Positions 14,297 to 26,759 of a DNA stretch of 64,000 nucleotides are shown one piece after another. The DNA is from Rhizophagus irregularis. Taxonomy: Eukaryota. The notes beneath the pieces are model-generated. The model saw only the letters and a program-made list of their open reading frames with translations. It did not search any database and had not been told where the DNA came from. The stretch lies in contig NC_089430.1 of NCBI RefSeq assembly GCF_026210795.1, positions 1,426,001 through 1,490,000 on the forward strand. Reading direction: 5' to 3'. Made by a program: the position numbers and the translations under genes. The first letter of the stretch is position 1. Each line of letters starts with the position of its first letter.

Positions 14297-16804
14297 ATTA
14301 AAAAAAAAAATATTTTAATGAGATAATTTTTTATATGATCAAGTTAATAAATATTGGATTATACTATATTGTACTTGTTATTGTTGGTTTATATTTTATA
14401 TATAACGTAACGTAAAATAAATTTATTACCGGATGAATCTGTGGATTGATCGGATATACTGATAATTGTAATAAAAAAGCGAAAAAAGCGAATAAAAAAA
14501 AATTTTAATTTCTTTTCTAATAAAAAAAGAAAAAAATTTTTATTTCTTTCTATAGTCTATACTGTCTTTCTATACTGCGGAAAAAAAATTTTTTTTTTTT
14601 TAGAAAAAAACTGTTCTCTACTTTTTTTGATAAAAAAAAGTCTCCTCTAACGTTCTAGTCTCTATAAAATATAGGAGCGCATCACATATTATAGTCACAT
14701 GAACTTGTTAAATTACGTGAATTAAATTTTTAAAAAATAAACAAATATTTAGTTTTTACATTTATTTTATTTGAGAAAAGAGAAACTTGATAATACAATA
14801 GAAAAGATAATAATGATCAAAAGAATAGAAATGATAAAACATGAAGAAATAAAATTAATACAAGAATAACAAAAAAGAACTATTAAAGAGTAATCATGCC
14901 TTGAACATAGGACTAACAAAGGAAGTATCAGAAATGAAATGCCAAACAAATAAAGCAAAAAAAAAAGAAATGAAAGAAAAACGTACCTTAATTACTACAA
15001 ATACACTATTGGACATTCAGGTTTACATATTTGAGCTTAAAGAATTATAAAAAAAAAGAAAAGAAAAAATTAAACGTAATAAAATAATAAAGCTTTAATT
15101 TAACTACTGCGTCCTATAAAAATACAACGCCAAGTAATTATAACGCTTTTTATTTGAAAACTCGTAAATAAGCCACATTTATTTAGCCTAGGTAAAGCAT
15201 AGGCTTACATTATTTGCAATCGTGGCATAATTCATTCTTCTAATTACTAATGTACTCAAATTATCAACTTCTGATGTTATTATCACATCTAATGAACGCT
15301 TTGATAACTTAGTTTCCTGAATCCTAATAAAATTCTTTTTCAAATAAATTTAAGATGGCCACGTCAGTCACCGCCAGTTGCATAAAACTAAGCTATTCCA
15401 ATATTTTTTATGATTCTTATAACTTGATCAGATTAATCAGCCTTCTTGAAAGGTTTAAGAACCAGAAATCATTCCGAGTTTATACAAGCAATATTTATAT
15501 AATCTAGGTCGCATAACCGAGGAATGTTAATATGGCAATGTTGGCGTTAATTAATTGTGAATTGTGATGATATGATAAAAATATATATATATATATATAT
15601 ATAGCTTTATTAAACATTAGTTTTATTGAGGGACAAAAACCATGAAGTAAAATTTTTAAAAATTTCGATTTTCATCCGCATGTGAATTGATTAAAATATT
15701 TTTCATGATCACGTCGATTATATCGGCCAACGGTGATTCGCTGAAATAGAATCGGAAAAATGTTGAGGTAAGCTAATTTGCTGTTGATGGAATAGATGTC
15801 GTTAAAATGGTTGAATATGGTAATAATTGGTAACAAACAAGATTATAGGATCATGAAAATGGTATTAAATTCTCCCTTGTAATAAAATTTATTCGCAAAA
15901 ATCTTCGTTATATTAAAAAAAGTTCGTTATAAAGAAATCTTTGTCATAAATGAATCATTTATATAATGTATACGATTTATAATGTTAAACGGCATACGGC
16001 ATTACGGCATTTAATTAGAAAAATTCAGTATAAGATGATTTTTATTTAAAAATCGGGACGGCACTGAAAATCCGTTAAATTGTGAAAATTTTGCAGTGTC
16101 AGGATTCACTGTACTGTATTAAAGTATGGCTATATCAATTAATTTAATGCTTTTTTTTTGTTTTAAAGCAATCCTGGTTATTGAATAATTGCAAATCTGT
16201 AGCTACTACAAAGTGAAATAAAGGTAATAATCAAGTCGTGATTTTTTTCAAAGAGATTTTTCGGTGCTTTTTGTGTTAATTTGAATATACTTTTACCGAA
16301 TATTGATAATTTTAGTTTAATTGGGTTAACAAATTTTATTTTGGGTAAAAATGGTAAAAATGATTATCAAGATCAGATAATTGATCCTCATCCCTATCAT
16401 AAAAGATCGGCGAATTTTTACCCTAAATTCTTTATAATACAGATTTCGACAACGCCTAATTCTTGAATTTATCTGAATGGGCGCCAATATTTCAATCATT
16501 TTAGTTAGTAGTATTAAAATGTTCTTATTCACATGGAAATTGAGTAATTGTTTACCATTTTCCATTTTACATAATTTATAATTTTTTTTTTGTTACCATT
16601 CATACCAAAATCGTTGACTTATGGTAGATAAAGGTGCCATTGCGAACCAAAAAATATAAAATTTATCAGAAATGAGAATGAAAGAAAAAAATCAAAAAAC
16701 TATATATATATTATTAGTTTTTTTTTTCAAATTAAAACTTACATTACTCGATACTCTAAAAAAAAAAATTTCTACTTTCACATTAATAATTACACTTATT
16801 CACC

Positions 16805-18639
16805 ATGTCTAGTGATTCGAACAACTGGATTGATAATGCTATTTCTGAAATGCATATTAAATATTTCGATTATAAACATTTTCGAAATATTGAAGAAATC
16901 GGTAAAGGTGGATTTGGTAAAATATACCGCGCAAATTGGAAAAATATGGAACGACATTTAGTATTAAAATCACTTTTAGATATGAATCCTATCGCTGTTA
17001 AGGAACTTGCTCACGAGGTAATTATATATATATATATATATTTTTAATATTGAACTAATATATTTTTCGCTAAATATATATTTATCATATAGCTTAAACT
17101 TCATCGTGATGTTGACTTTCACGATAATATTATCAGTTTTCATGGGATAACGCAAGGTATAAATTATTCACTATAATACAATTATATTATAGTTATTATT
17201 TTTAGCATTTACTTGAAAATTGTAAAAGTCTAATAAAATTTAAATCGTTTCCTAGAAAATCCAAATGATAAATCGAAAAATTATTTGTTAGTTATGGAAT
17301 ATGCCGATGGTGGTACACTTCAAAATTATTTGGAGAAAAATTTCTTTTATCTTAATTGGAAGCATAAATATAACATGGCAAGTGAACTTGCCAGTGCAGT
17401 CTTATGTTTACATGACGAAGGAATTATTCATCGCGATTTAGTAAGTTCTTTTACATTCATATTGTATATATTTGATAAATGATTAGAAATTAATTATTTA
17501 TATTTTATAATAGCATTCTTGCAATGTATTAGTTCGTAATCATAGTGTCAAATTGGCAGATTTTGGACTTTCAAGAAGAATAGATGAAGCATCAAAAGGT
17601 ACAGGGTTATTTGGCGTAATTCCGTATATTGATCCGAAAAGATTCGGGAATATCAATAATAACGAAAAGAAAAAACAAATATATAAATTAAATGAGAAGA
17701 GCGATGTATATGGGATTGGTGTCTTGTTATGGGTAATATCAAGCGGTCAGCAACCCTTCGGTGGTGTTAATAATTATAATCTTGATTTAATTATGGAAAT
17801 TTCAAAAGGTTTGAGAGAAACACCTATTCCTCATACACCCAGAGAATATGTAAATATTTATACTGGTAAGTAATGTCTAAGATTAATTATAGAATATCTT
17901 AAAATGTTAAAATTTAGTATTAAATTTAGTAAAATTATATATATATATTTTTTTTATAGAATGTTGGAATGGCGTACCAGAAAAGCGCCCTACAATGCAA
18001 CAAGTGGTTGCTAAATTAAAAACAATAAGATCAACAACAGATACGATGCCAATAATTACTCCAATGTGTACTAGTCCCATACATGGAGATTTATCTTCAC
18101 TAATGAATAAATTTGATCAAATGAAATTTGAATCCGATGGTAGTAATGATTCAACTAACATAGAAACTACTAATACCGATGGTGTCGGTTCAACAAACAT
18201 AGAAACTACTAATGCCGATGGTGTCGGTTCAACAAACATAGAAACTACTAATGCCGATGGTGTCGGTTCAACAAACATAGAAACTACTAATGCCGATGGT
18301 GTCGGTTCAATCAACATGGAAACTATTAATACCGATGGTGTCAGTTCAGCCAATATAGAAACTATAAAAATACCATTTCCGCCCCAAATAACTGCTGAAG
18401 AAGTTTTAGATCGCAGCAAAGACAAAGAAAGAAGAAAAGCTCCAAACAATTTCATTATCTACCGTATGGCACTTGCTAAGGAATTAAAGTCGCAAAATAT
18501 AAGCAATATCAATTTAATTAATATATCTGCCCTCGCAGCTTTAAAATGGAATAATGAACCTGATGAAGTAAAACAAGCGTATAAGGACATATCTGATAAA
18601 ATTCGAGATGATATTAAAATTTCCAAGTATACTAAATGA
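16805..18639 (+). CDS. TKL-type kinase-HMG box fusion, copy 2; 5 exons (16805-17017, 17093-17156, 17256-17440, 17514-17865, 17960-18639), 497 aa
   Basis: Same intron positions as copy 1. HRDLHSCN, LADFG, VIPYIDP. HMG box [37 protein letters not shown]. Confidence 0.9.
18151..18365 (+). repeat. 39-bp coding tandem repeat (about 5.5 copies, STNIETTNADGVG)
   Basis: Unit TCAACAAACATAGAAACTACTAATGCCGATGGTGTCGGT, in the kinase-HMG linker of copy 2. Confidence 0.95.
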
Positions 18640-21600
18640 TTTATTTTTTTATTTGAATTTATCAGTTTGTATTTTAATCCATATCTTAAATAAACTGAAA
18701 TTATTTGATATTTATAATATTCAATAATTTATGGTTATAATGTCATTTATTTATTTTAATAATTATTTTGAATCAATTAATGTACAATATTAAAGTGAAA
18801 TGAGTCATCGACATTATCGACATTGATCTTGATATTGATCGACCTCGATCTTGACATCTAGATCACGACCTTGTAGAAGAAAAAAATGTAGTAAATTCGA
18901 TCAAGATGATGACCTTATTTCTAAATCGTTGTTTATTTTATTAGTACATTCAAGGTTAAAACCATTTAACATTATAACAGTAAAGTTATAAAGCATATGG
19001 AACTACTTGTCTTTATCCTTATATAAATAAAAATGGATAATAATCTTTCAAAACATAAGATTCAAAAAAAAAATTTTTGTATTTACTTAAAGAGCTGACT
19101 TCGTCTTCTTTAAAGTATGACGTTATACATGTATAAAGATAATATAAAACGTTTGATAATTTATAAATAAAATATTTTACAAATTAAAAATAAGATTAAA
19201 AAAGCCCAAAGATAATTGAAAATAAAACGAAACCAAAAATAAAATCAAATCCAAAAAAGAATGGAAAAATGAGATCGAAGAAACCAAAGCCTAAAACAAA
19301 ATGGAAAACGAAACAAAGCTCAAAAAATTTGAAAAATGCTATTACCGTAATTAATTTATTTGTATCATTTCAAATTTTCTTTTTTTTTTTTTAAAAAAAA
19401 AAAGACTTTTAGCGTCTCTTTATTTTAAGAATTAAAAATTTACTATCATTTCATGTTGTTCGGAATAATTTATTATGAAATGTCTTTTATGCATTAATTT
19501 GAAATATGACTTGCCACTTTTAATTTTCATATATTTTCATTAATCGAACTATCAAAGTAAAAACTAAAAAGTCAGTTGTTTAAACGACCTTCTTAAACAG
19601 CCTTTCAGAAATAATTTCAGATTTATTGATACACGGTACACATTTATCATATTTTAAAATTAAATTAATAAAATTGCTCCTCTATTCATGTAAAGGTAGA
19701 ATTAAAGAAGCAAGTGATGAATTAAAAAAGTTAATGAAAACAATAGAACTTGAGATTAAAAAGTCAAAAAATACTAGGAAAAGGGAAATAGTTAATAATA
19801 ATAATTAAAAATGAAAAATCAAAACGTTGGAAAGAAAATAATATGAAAATAATGACCTCAGAATGGAATGAATCAACTCTCATATAGACTACAATAACGT
19901 AAGATACAAAAAAATTACACGAGTTTGGTCATTACTTTATTTAATAATAACTTCTCTTTTAGTAAATATTTAGTCATGTACTTAAAATGATTAGGAAAAA
20001 ATCTTGAAATGTTCTTAATAACAATATGAAATTATTGGTGTACATATGTATGTAGTCTGTAATTAGTAATTTTTGTATGCCACTTTTTTATTTGTATATG
20101 TATTATTTTTTAGAATTTTAAGTATTTTAAGTAAAATATATAACAAAAAAGCATCAATCATGGAGAAGCTGTGAAATTTACATTTATGAGTGAGTTAATC
20201 AAAATAAGCATTTTCCAAATAATAGTTGGAATTGAGAATGCATGAATTATTTATTTATATTGTAAATTATTTTTTAAGAATTATTTTAATTATTTTTTAA
20301 AAATTTTTCTTTTTTTTTTAAAAAAAAATTCATTTCTTAATTTTTAAATCAAATATTTTTATTAATATGGTTTTTTTGATACAATAATTTATACTTATAC
20401 GATTAATGCTAAAATTAATACAAAAAAATACTTGACGCTACATTTAACAAAAGTTGAAAAATTGAATTCAATTTCATATAATTAATTTCAAAAATAGATT
20501 TGAAACTTTAATGGGATATTATTGTTGCATAGTATTTTAATGAATCTTTAAAAATAAATATTTTGTTTGCTAAAAAAATATGGTGATTTCTATCAACAGA
20601 ATTTTCCTATCAAATATAAAGAATTTATGAGTGGAGTTCTTGAGTATAATTAAGAAATTATTGGAAGAAATGCATGCAAAATAATTTTTAATATTACATT
20701 AGTTTTATAATTTGATCACTGGATAGTGTATTAGATGAAACAGTTTGTAATCAATTATAAGAATTAATAATAAATTGAATAAATATATTTTATGTTTTCT
20801 CTCTAATCACATAACTTTCTTCATTTTAAAAAAAAAGATTGATAATATTGAAAATTATATAATACATTATTACTAATACTAATCTTACTAATATGGTATG
20901 AAATAAGTAAAGAAAATGATTGAAAAGCGGAAACACATTTTATACGCTTAAAGGTTATGTTTTACGGTGTCCAGTCCGATGATCTTTCTGAGTCCGGTCA
21001 TGTCAATTTTTAGCAGTCATGTGAATTTGGGTTTGATTGACACAGTGTCGCCGGCGGGTTCAAGAAACTATGTTCGTAATATTATTGAGACAAATTTTTT
21101 ACCAAGAATATGTTGATAATATTAAAATATTTGAATTCTGTACTATAAAAAGTTAGATAATAGGATGTGCAATAGTCAACAATTCAAATCAGAGCGATTT
21201 TGATTTGGCCGGAATTAACATAATTTCAGCCAAAATTTAAAATGCGTAAATTTAACCATAATATAACGCTTTTCTATCAAATTTGGATTACTAATTTTTT
21301 TTAAAAAAAAGAATTCATACCCTCTTTTGTTTTAATTGATTGGATTACGGTAATACAGTAGAAATAATAAAAATAATTTATTACTTAATTTAGTCAGTAA
21401 ACATATATGAAGTAAATCTCTTGATCATTTTGGCACAGTCTATCATTTTTATAGATTATAATAACTCCAAATGAAAAATTCGCACAAACATTAAAAAAAT
21501 TTCAGTCATTTAAAATATAAATAATAAATAAGTCTCAATTTTATTAATTTTATCAAGATAAAAAAAAAAATCCTTTGGTTACTAGATTAATTACGTCCCA

Positions 21601-22155
21601 TTTGATGATCAATTTTACTTTTCATGGAATAAAAAACTCCAATGAGAAATTCTCAGATATTATTATTAACAAAAAAAAAATAATAATTTCAGTCATTTGA
21701 AAATAATAAATTCTCAATTGTATAAAAAAAAAAATAAATAAATTTTCTTTTATAATTGTCGTATTATTGGACTAATTAGATTCGCCTGATGATCATTTTT
21801 AGAGTTAAAAAAAATTTTTATAGATAATAATAACTACCAATGAGAAACTCTTGGATAAATTAATTATTATTAATTAATAAAATAATAATTATAAAATTTC
21901 AAATGTTTTTGATCATAAAAAAAAATTTAATAAGTTTGCTATCAGGCGTTCACTGCCTGTATCATGTGATAATGTTATCATGTGATCATAAATTAAATGT
22001 TTATTCGTTGATGTAAATTTACAATTTATCGTTATGCAATAATACAGTACAATAAATACAATTCTAATGCTAATAATTTATATACTGTTCTACCCTAAGA
22101 CATAAATGCAAATACTGTAATTAAAATTCTAGTTTTGCTATAATGCTCTTAACCA

Positions 22156-22800
22156 TTAATATATGCTGATTAACATTTTCTTATCAGCTTTATGTTTACT
22201 AGCACACCCACGAATATTATGTCCTCTACCTAAACAATAACTACAAGTTTTAAGAAAACCTTCATTTGATTTTGCCACAGCAGAAGATGAAATATTTTGA
22301 TTATCTTCTACTGATGATTTATAACGCTTAGTAGGGCGCCCTTTTGCCTTGTGGTATTCTGGATTAGATATCTGAAGATTATCCAAAGGCTGTTGTATTA
22401 TTGCAAATTTCAGTGACTCTTGTAATACGTTGTTTTGTAATGAACTAAACTGATGAACTTCTTCAATGCCTAAACCTGTATTGTTATGATACTTCATAAT
22501 AAATTGCATGTTTAGCCAAAGACATCGTATTCCCATATTGAACTTTTTTTATTAACACGTTCTCTTGCTATAAACATTGTTAAGTCTAATTTGATTAATA
22601 TAATGTAAAGGTGTAGCTGTGTTACTTGTTTTTCCTTTAACAATTGTAATATTTGATGTTTCTGATGGAATTGATTCAAACCAATAACCATGAATGAGAA
22701 ATAAATGAAATACTGCTTTTCTGATTTGATTAAGATTCAGTACTGGTGACTAAGCATTCGAACCCACGATATGAATTTCTCTATCAACGTACCATAATCT
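22156..22800 (-). pseudogene. Mutator/FAR1-like transposase C-terminal remnant
   Basis: ISNPEYHKAKGRPTKRYKS followed by the CCHC knuckle CSYCLGRGHNIRGC. Upstream is a degraded KAVFHLFLIHGYWFES segment of the kind that follows SWIM fingers. Confidence 0.7.
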
Positions 22801-24228
22801 CTGTACAATACAATAAGTCCAAGTACAATTATCAAAATTCTTTACTTAATGAAACTATTTTTCTTTTTTTTAACAGGTCATCATATTTTTTTATAATTTT
22901 ACGATTCTTTTCTTGGTTAACAAAAATTTTTTGTCATTAGAGTTGGGATGACAAGATGTATTAGTTACTATCTAATCTCAATCTGTACTATAAATGATTA
23001 AAATTAATTATAATATCCTTCTCTTTCCATCCTTCGAATAATTTTTTTTCCATATTTGAAAAGTTTTTTATAATTATATACTTTTAATTTTTTTTTAAAA
23101 AAAAGTTTTTTCCCCGTTATAAATAGGTATCGTCACAGTTTTTCAAAATTAAAGTTATCAAAAACATTTAAGGAATTAAAGAATATGATTTTTAAATATC
23201 TTTATTATAAATATTTGTCAATTTTAAAATATATGAATAAATAAATATATATAAAATAATGAATATAATGACCCAATTTTCATTAAAAAAGTATATATTC
23301 TAAGTTGAACATACTACACATTGATCATAATATACCTCTAAAAAGACAAATTTTTTTTCTGTACCTCCATCGGATTGTTACGGCGGTTTTATATATTAAA
23401 AAATTATTTAAAAATGGTCCAATTTTTATGGAGAAATTTTTTTAAAAAAAATTTAATCATATATATCTTATTATAATTGAACTACTGTCATTATTGTCAT
23501 AGAGAAAATAAAAAATAGAAAAAAAAATAAATGAAAAAATAAAAAAAAATTAGTGATAATTCAAGAATTATCTATGGTTATTCAAATAATTATTTAAATA
23601 ACCATTTTACTGACTTTGCTGGTTTTGCATGTTTAAATTATTTGGCATGAGTAAAAGTCATTTGAGGTGAGGTGATGGGATGATGATGATGCGGAATTTT
23701 GGGAATTTTGGGATTTTGAAGTGAATCGATCATATTAATGAGTTGTTGAAAATAATTACCATTGGACGGAAATCACAGAATTATGATAATTTCGGTCAGC
23801 ATCCAAAAAAGGCAATGGCTTTCCACCAGGCATTATCTATAAAAGGAAAAAAAGTTCATGATTTTTTTGGTCGGTACGCAAACTCGTATGCCGATCCCAA
23901 AAATATAGTTAAATCACTCAGCTTTTATTTTTAATAAATAAATTTAGACAACTCGTTACTTAAATTTATTATAAATAAAATGAAAAAATTGATAAACAAA
24001 AAATTGTAAAAAAGCCAAAGATAAAAAAAGAAATAAAAAGCAAAAAGATAAGGAAAAAAACAAGACAAGAGTGAAAAACAATATCTATTTATATTCTCAA
24101 GCTCCAATAATAAAAATTAACAAAATCCATCGCGAAAAAAATGCACTAGTTCATTATAATGACCTGCAAATGTTAAATAAATAAAGAACGAGTATACTGT
24201 AATATCTAAACTTATTATATTTGAATCA

Positions 24229-25649
24229 TTAGATTGCCAAATCTAAACCTTCAGACATAACTGAATATTTAAGTAATCTAGACGTATAAATAGCTTGTGG
24301 ATGAGTATATGATTGATCATTTTCATCATATTCATCAATTTTATTACTTTCATCTCTTTCATCAAATGAAGAACTTTCTTCTTTACGTCGTTTTTGTCCT
24401 TTTTTTTGCCTTCTGAATTTTCTGATTGTTTTGATCTCAGATTTAGTTGGTAATTTTGCTTTTCTATGCTTTTCTGCTTCTTCGAATTGTTGTTTGATTT
24501 CAGCAGACTTATCAGCCATATATGAATCATGAAATAACTTAATCAATTTACGTACTCTATTAGCACTTGGCCTGTTTTTCGGATCTGGATCCCAACAACT
24601 TTTCATTAAATCAATATAACATTTTGGTGCTTCTAACTCATTTATCTCAGGCCTTTTATTTTCTTTACATATATCTAATGCTAAATATTGATCATGTGCA
24701 CAATCTTGAAAAGGTTGTCTTATAGTTGCTATAAAATACATAATCATACCGAAGCTATATATATCTGCTGCTTGCGTATAAGGTTTTCCTCTTAACACTT
24801 CAGGAGCTACATAAGGCAAAACTCCATAAACGTTATTTTCATCTATATTACCAACTTCTCCACATAATCCCATATCCGAAATGCGTATATCCAAAGTAAT
24901 ACTTCTATTATTTTTATATAATATATTTCCTGTATGAAAATCTCGATGAACCTTCTTTTTTTTATGAATTTCTTGAAGACCACTTATAATATAAGTAAGT
25001 TTAAATAATTTAAGTGACCAATCAAAACCTTTATTGTGCTTGCTTATCCAATTAAAAATATTTCCATGATCTGCATACTCGAGAACCATAACATATTCTT
25101 TCGTATCTGGTTTTTGAGTTATTCCATATATGCTTAGAACCTTAGTGCCACGTCTAGCCTTTGAATATGTTTTAACCTATTTAATAAATTAAAAAAAAAG
25201 GTTATGCTAATTAAGAAAGATTGAAAAATAAATCCAATATTTCATACCCCATTTAAGAATTTTTCAGATATATTTTTACAATTATCTAAACATTTTAAAG
25301 CAACATTTGCGCTGGCTAATCTTTTCCATTTACCATCAAAATATCTTGGATCATCCCATTTATTGACACGATATAACGGACCATCCTTCCATTTCGCCGA
25401 ATATACCGTAGCAAAACCACCTTTTCCTATTTCTTTAAATCTTCCAAATTGGTCATAAGGTACCCATTCAATTACTGAATTATCCTTAACATGAAGTTTT
25501 AATTGCATTTTTTGTATAAATTTATCAATTTCTTTATTTCCACTGGTCCAGTTTGAAAAATTATTTCTTAAATAACTTTTAAGACATGTTTGATTACACC
25601 ATACTTTATTAGTACATTTTTTACATTGTTCCTTATATGTTTTACTCAT
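24229..25649 (-). CDS. TKL-type protein kinase, 2 exons (25649-25248, 25176-24229), 449 aa
   Basis: N-terminal CxxC..WC, WTSGN, GKGGFATVY, VALK, HRDFHTGN, ISDMGL, GVLPYVAPE, HPQAIYTSR. The spliced frame is open. Confidence 0.92.
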
Positions 25650-26571
25650 ACTTATCCAACAAAGTGTGAAAGCTCGTATAATTTGAGTAAAAAGAAAATA
25701 TTTGGGAAAGAGAATAAAAATAAAATGTATATGAAATAATACAAAAAAAAAAAATATTTGCGAGAGAGAATAAAAATATGTATTTAAATTTAATACAAAA
25801 AAAAAAATATTCTCATTATTTCTAAGTACGAAATTTTTAATTTGTGCATATTTTTCAACTTTTAAAAGTAAAAAATGGTTAGGATACTTATAACGTTCAA
25901 CTGAATGTTTGTCGTTTATTGATTAACAACCATTTTTTGTTATATAATGTAACGTAAAGGCGCATATCATGACATTAAAAAATGATCGTCAATCACATAC
26001 ACTATTCAAAAAAAGTTTCAAATGGCCCTATCAAAAAACAGTATTAAATGGTCTATTAATTATCAAATGGATTCTAGTAGAATAGATATAATGAAATATA
26101 ATAAATAAAAATTTTTTGGAACCAAGAGATTGACTTGTGTACATAGTACCACTGCTTTATTAAAAGCTTATTTTATTAAATTGTAAATTCTAAATAAATT
26201 AAATATTCTATTGTTTATAAGATTTCAAAATCTAAAATCAGAGCTTAAATAATTTTTCCTGTTTGGATATTACGAAATTCATAATAAAAGCATAATAAGC
26301 TTCATTATTAATTACGAAAATTTTTATAATCCTACGTTTATTCAGAAAAAATATTCATCTCATGTATTGAATTTCATTTATTGATGTTATTGGTTAATCT
26401 GAAAAAGAAACATTTATAGCTTTTTTGAGATGTTCTGTTGAACAAATACGGGGTATAATCTATTTTATAAACAATGAAGATTTTATTTAAAACATTCTCA
26501 TAATCTGATGTCTGATATACTGGACTAACTATTTATATAATTTAGACGTCAAAATCACGATTTAAGATATA

Positions 26572-26759
26572 CCGTATTTTTCGGTTATTAAGCACCCGAA
26601 TTTTTTTTTCTTTGTATTTTTCTTTCTTTTGATTGGATTTTTATACTTTGGTCCGAAAATAAGACCCCTGGCCAAAATTATGGAGCTTTTGACCAGAATT
26701 ATTGGGATTTTGGCCGGCATTAAGTGCAAAAGGGGGTGCTTATATTCCGAAAAATACGG
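26572..26759. mobile_element. Tc1/mariner-pogo-type MITE (188 bp)
   Basis: Imperfect ~26-bp TIR CCGTATTTTTCGG....TAAGCACCC, flanked by TA on both sides. Confidence 0.8.

Noticed and set aside
15880..16115. Possible pogo-type MITE remnant
   Set aside because: Only one plausible end is visible.
18117..18455. Minus-strand repetitive 112-aa ORF
   Set aside because: Antisense shadow of the 39-bp coding repeat.
19600..20780. Degraded coding-like patches
   Set aside because: No recognisable motif and many stops.
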